This document shows, one piece after another, positions 63,480 to 64,000 of a stretch of DNA of 64,000 bases. Below the pieces are notes generated by a model, which saw nothing but the letters and a program-made list of their open reading frames with translations, searched no databases and had not been told where the DNA came from. Source of the stretch: Rhynchobatus australiae. Taxonomy: Eukaryota. The first letter of the stretch is position 1. Every line of letters starts with the position of its first letter. Location of the stretch: NCBI GenBank assembly GCA_034780895.1, contig JAUZTB010000064.1, positions 101,124,409-101,188,408 on the forward strand, given 5' to 3'. The translations under genes and the position numbers were made by a program.

Positions 63480-64000
63480 AAAGTTGTGGGTGCAGGAAGA
63501 TATCAGTGTGGATTGATGAGGTTGGCACAAAAGTGGAAAATGAAATTGAATCCAGGGATGTGTGAAGTAGTGCATTTGGGAAGAGCAGACAAGACAGTGG
63601 AACACATGATTAACATTGTAATAAGAACTGTAGAGAAATTTGGGGTGTATGTCCTCTGATTCCTGGGCAGGTCATTAAGATAAACAGGATACTTTCATTG
63701 GCTGAGGCATAGAATATAAGAACTAAAAGGTTTCCTAGAACTCTATAAAATGCTAGTGTGTAACCTGCGGATCAAGACACCACACTGCAGGAAGGAGGTG
63801 ATAGGAATAGGGAGGGGACAGAGGAGATTTATGACAATGTTTCTGGTACTGGAAAATTGCATTTATAAGGAGAGAGAGTCTAGTTCTGGGTTATTTTTGT
63901 TGGAGCTAAAACGTCTGAGTGGAAATTTTAATTAAGATGTATAAACTGAGGCTGAGAAAGGGAGAATAGAAGGACCTACTTAGCAGAGAGGTTAATAACT
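63480..64000 (+). mobile_element. Old CR1 ORF2 fragment
   Basis: KWKMKLNPGMCEVVHLGR motif and downstream CR1-like sequence. Confidence 0.7.

Overview
This is eukaryotic genomic DNA, most likely a cartilaginous fish (shark/ray). That assignment is inferred from the repeat content: HE1-type V-SINEs, CR1/HER1-like LINEs, Deu-domain SINEs and Penelope remnants. The draft assembly has many N gaps. One real protein-coding gene is present, AP1AR (gadkin/gamma-BAR) on the + strand. It starts in a CpG island at ~11.1-11.6 kb. Eight coding exons can be placed with GT-AG boundaries (11560-11630, 35592-35640, 38418-38444, 39458-39483, 39955-40051, 44383-44481, 50124-50188, 63089-63211). One phase 2-to-1 exon expected between the last two is not visible, and the gene continues past the window. 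Almost all ORFs in the supplied track are spurious, N-spanning or transposon fragments. Upstream of the promoter lies a decayed but apparently full-length Ty3/Gypsy element (~2.3-10.6 kb) broken by nested insertions. I see no convincing wholly new biological system. The best leads are: a Penelope remnant with inverted arms carrying hammerhead-ribozyme cores, an AUG-dense and repeat-structured AP1AR leader, a solo-LTR-like element with ZNF143+ETS motifs in intron 1, microexon and alternative-splicing signals, and V-SINE tail swapping. All family assignments come from recalled motifs, not database searches. Repeat boundaries are approximate.
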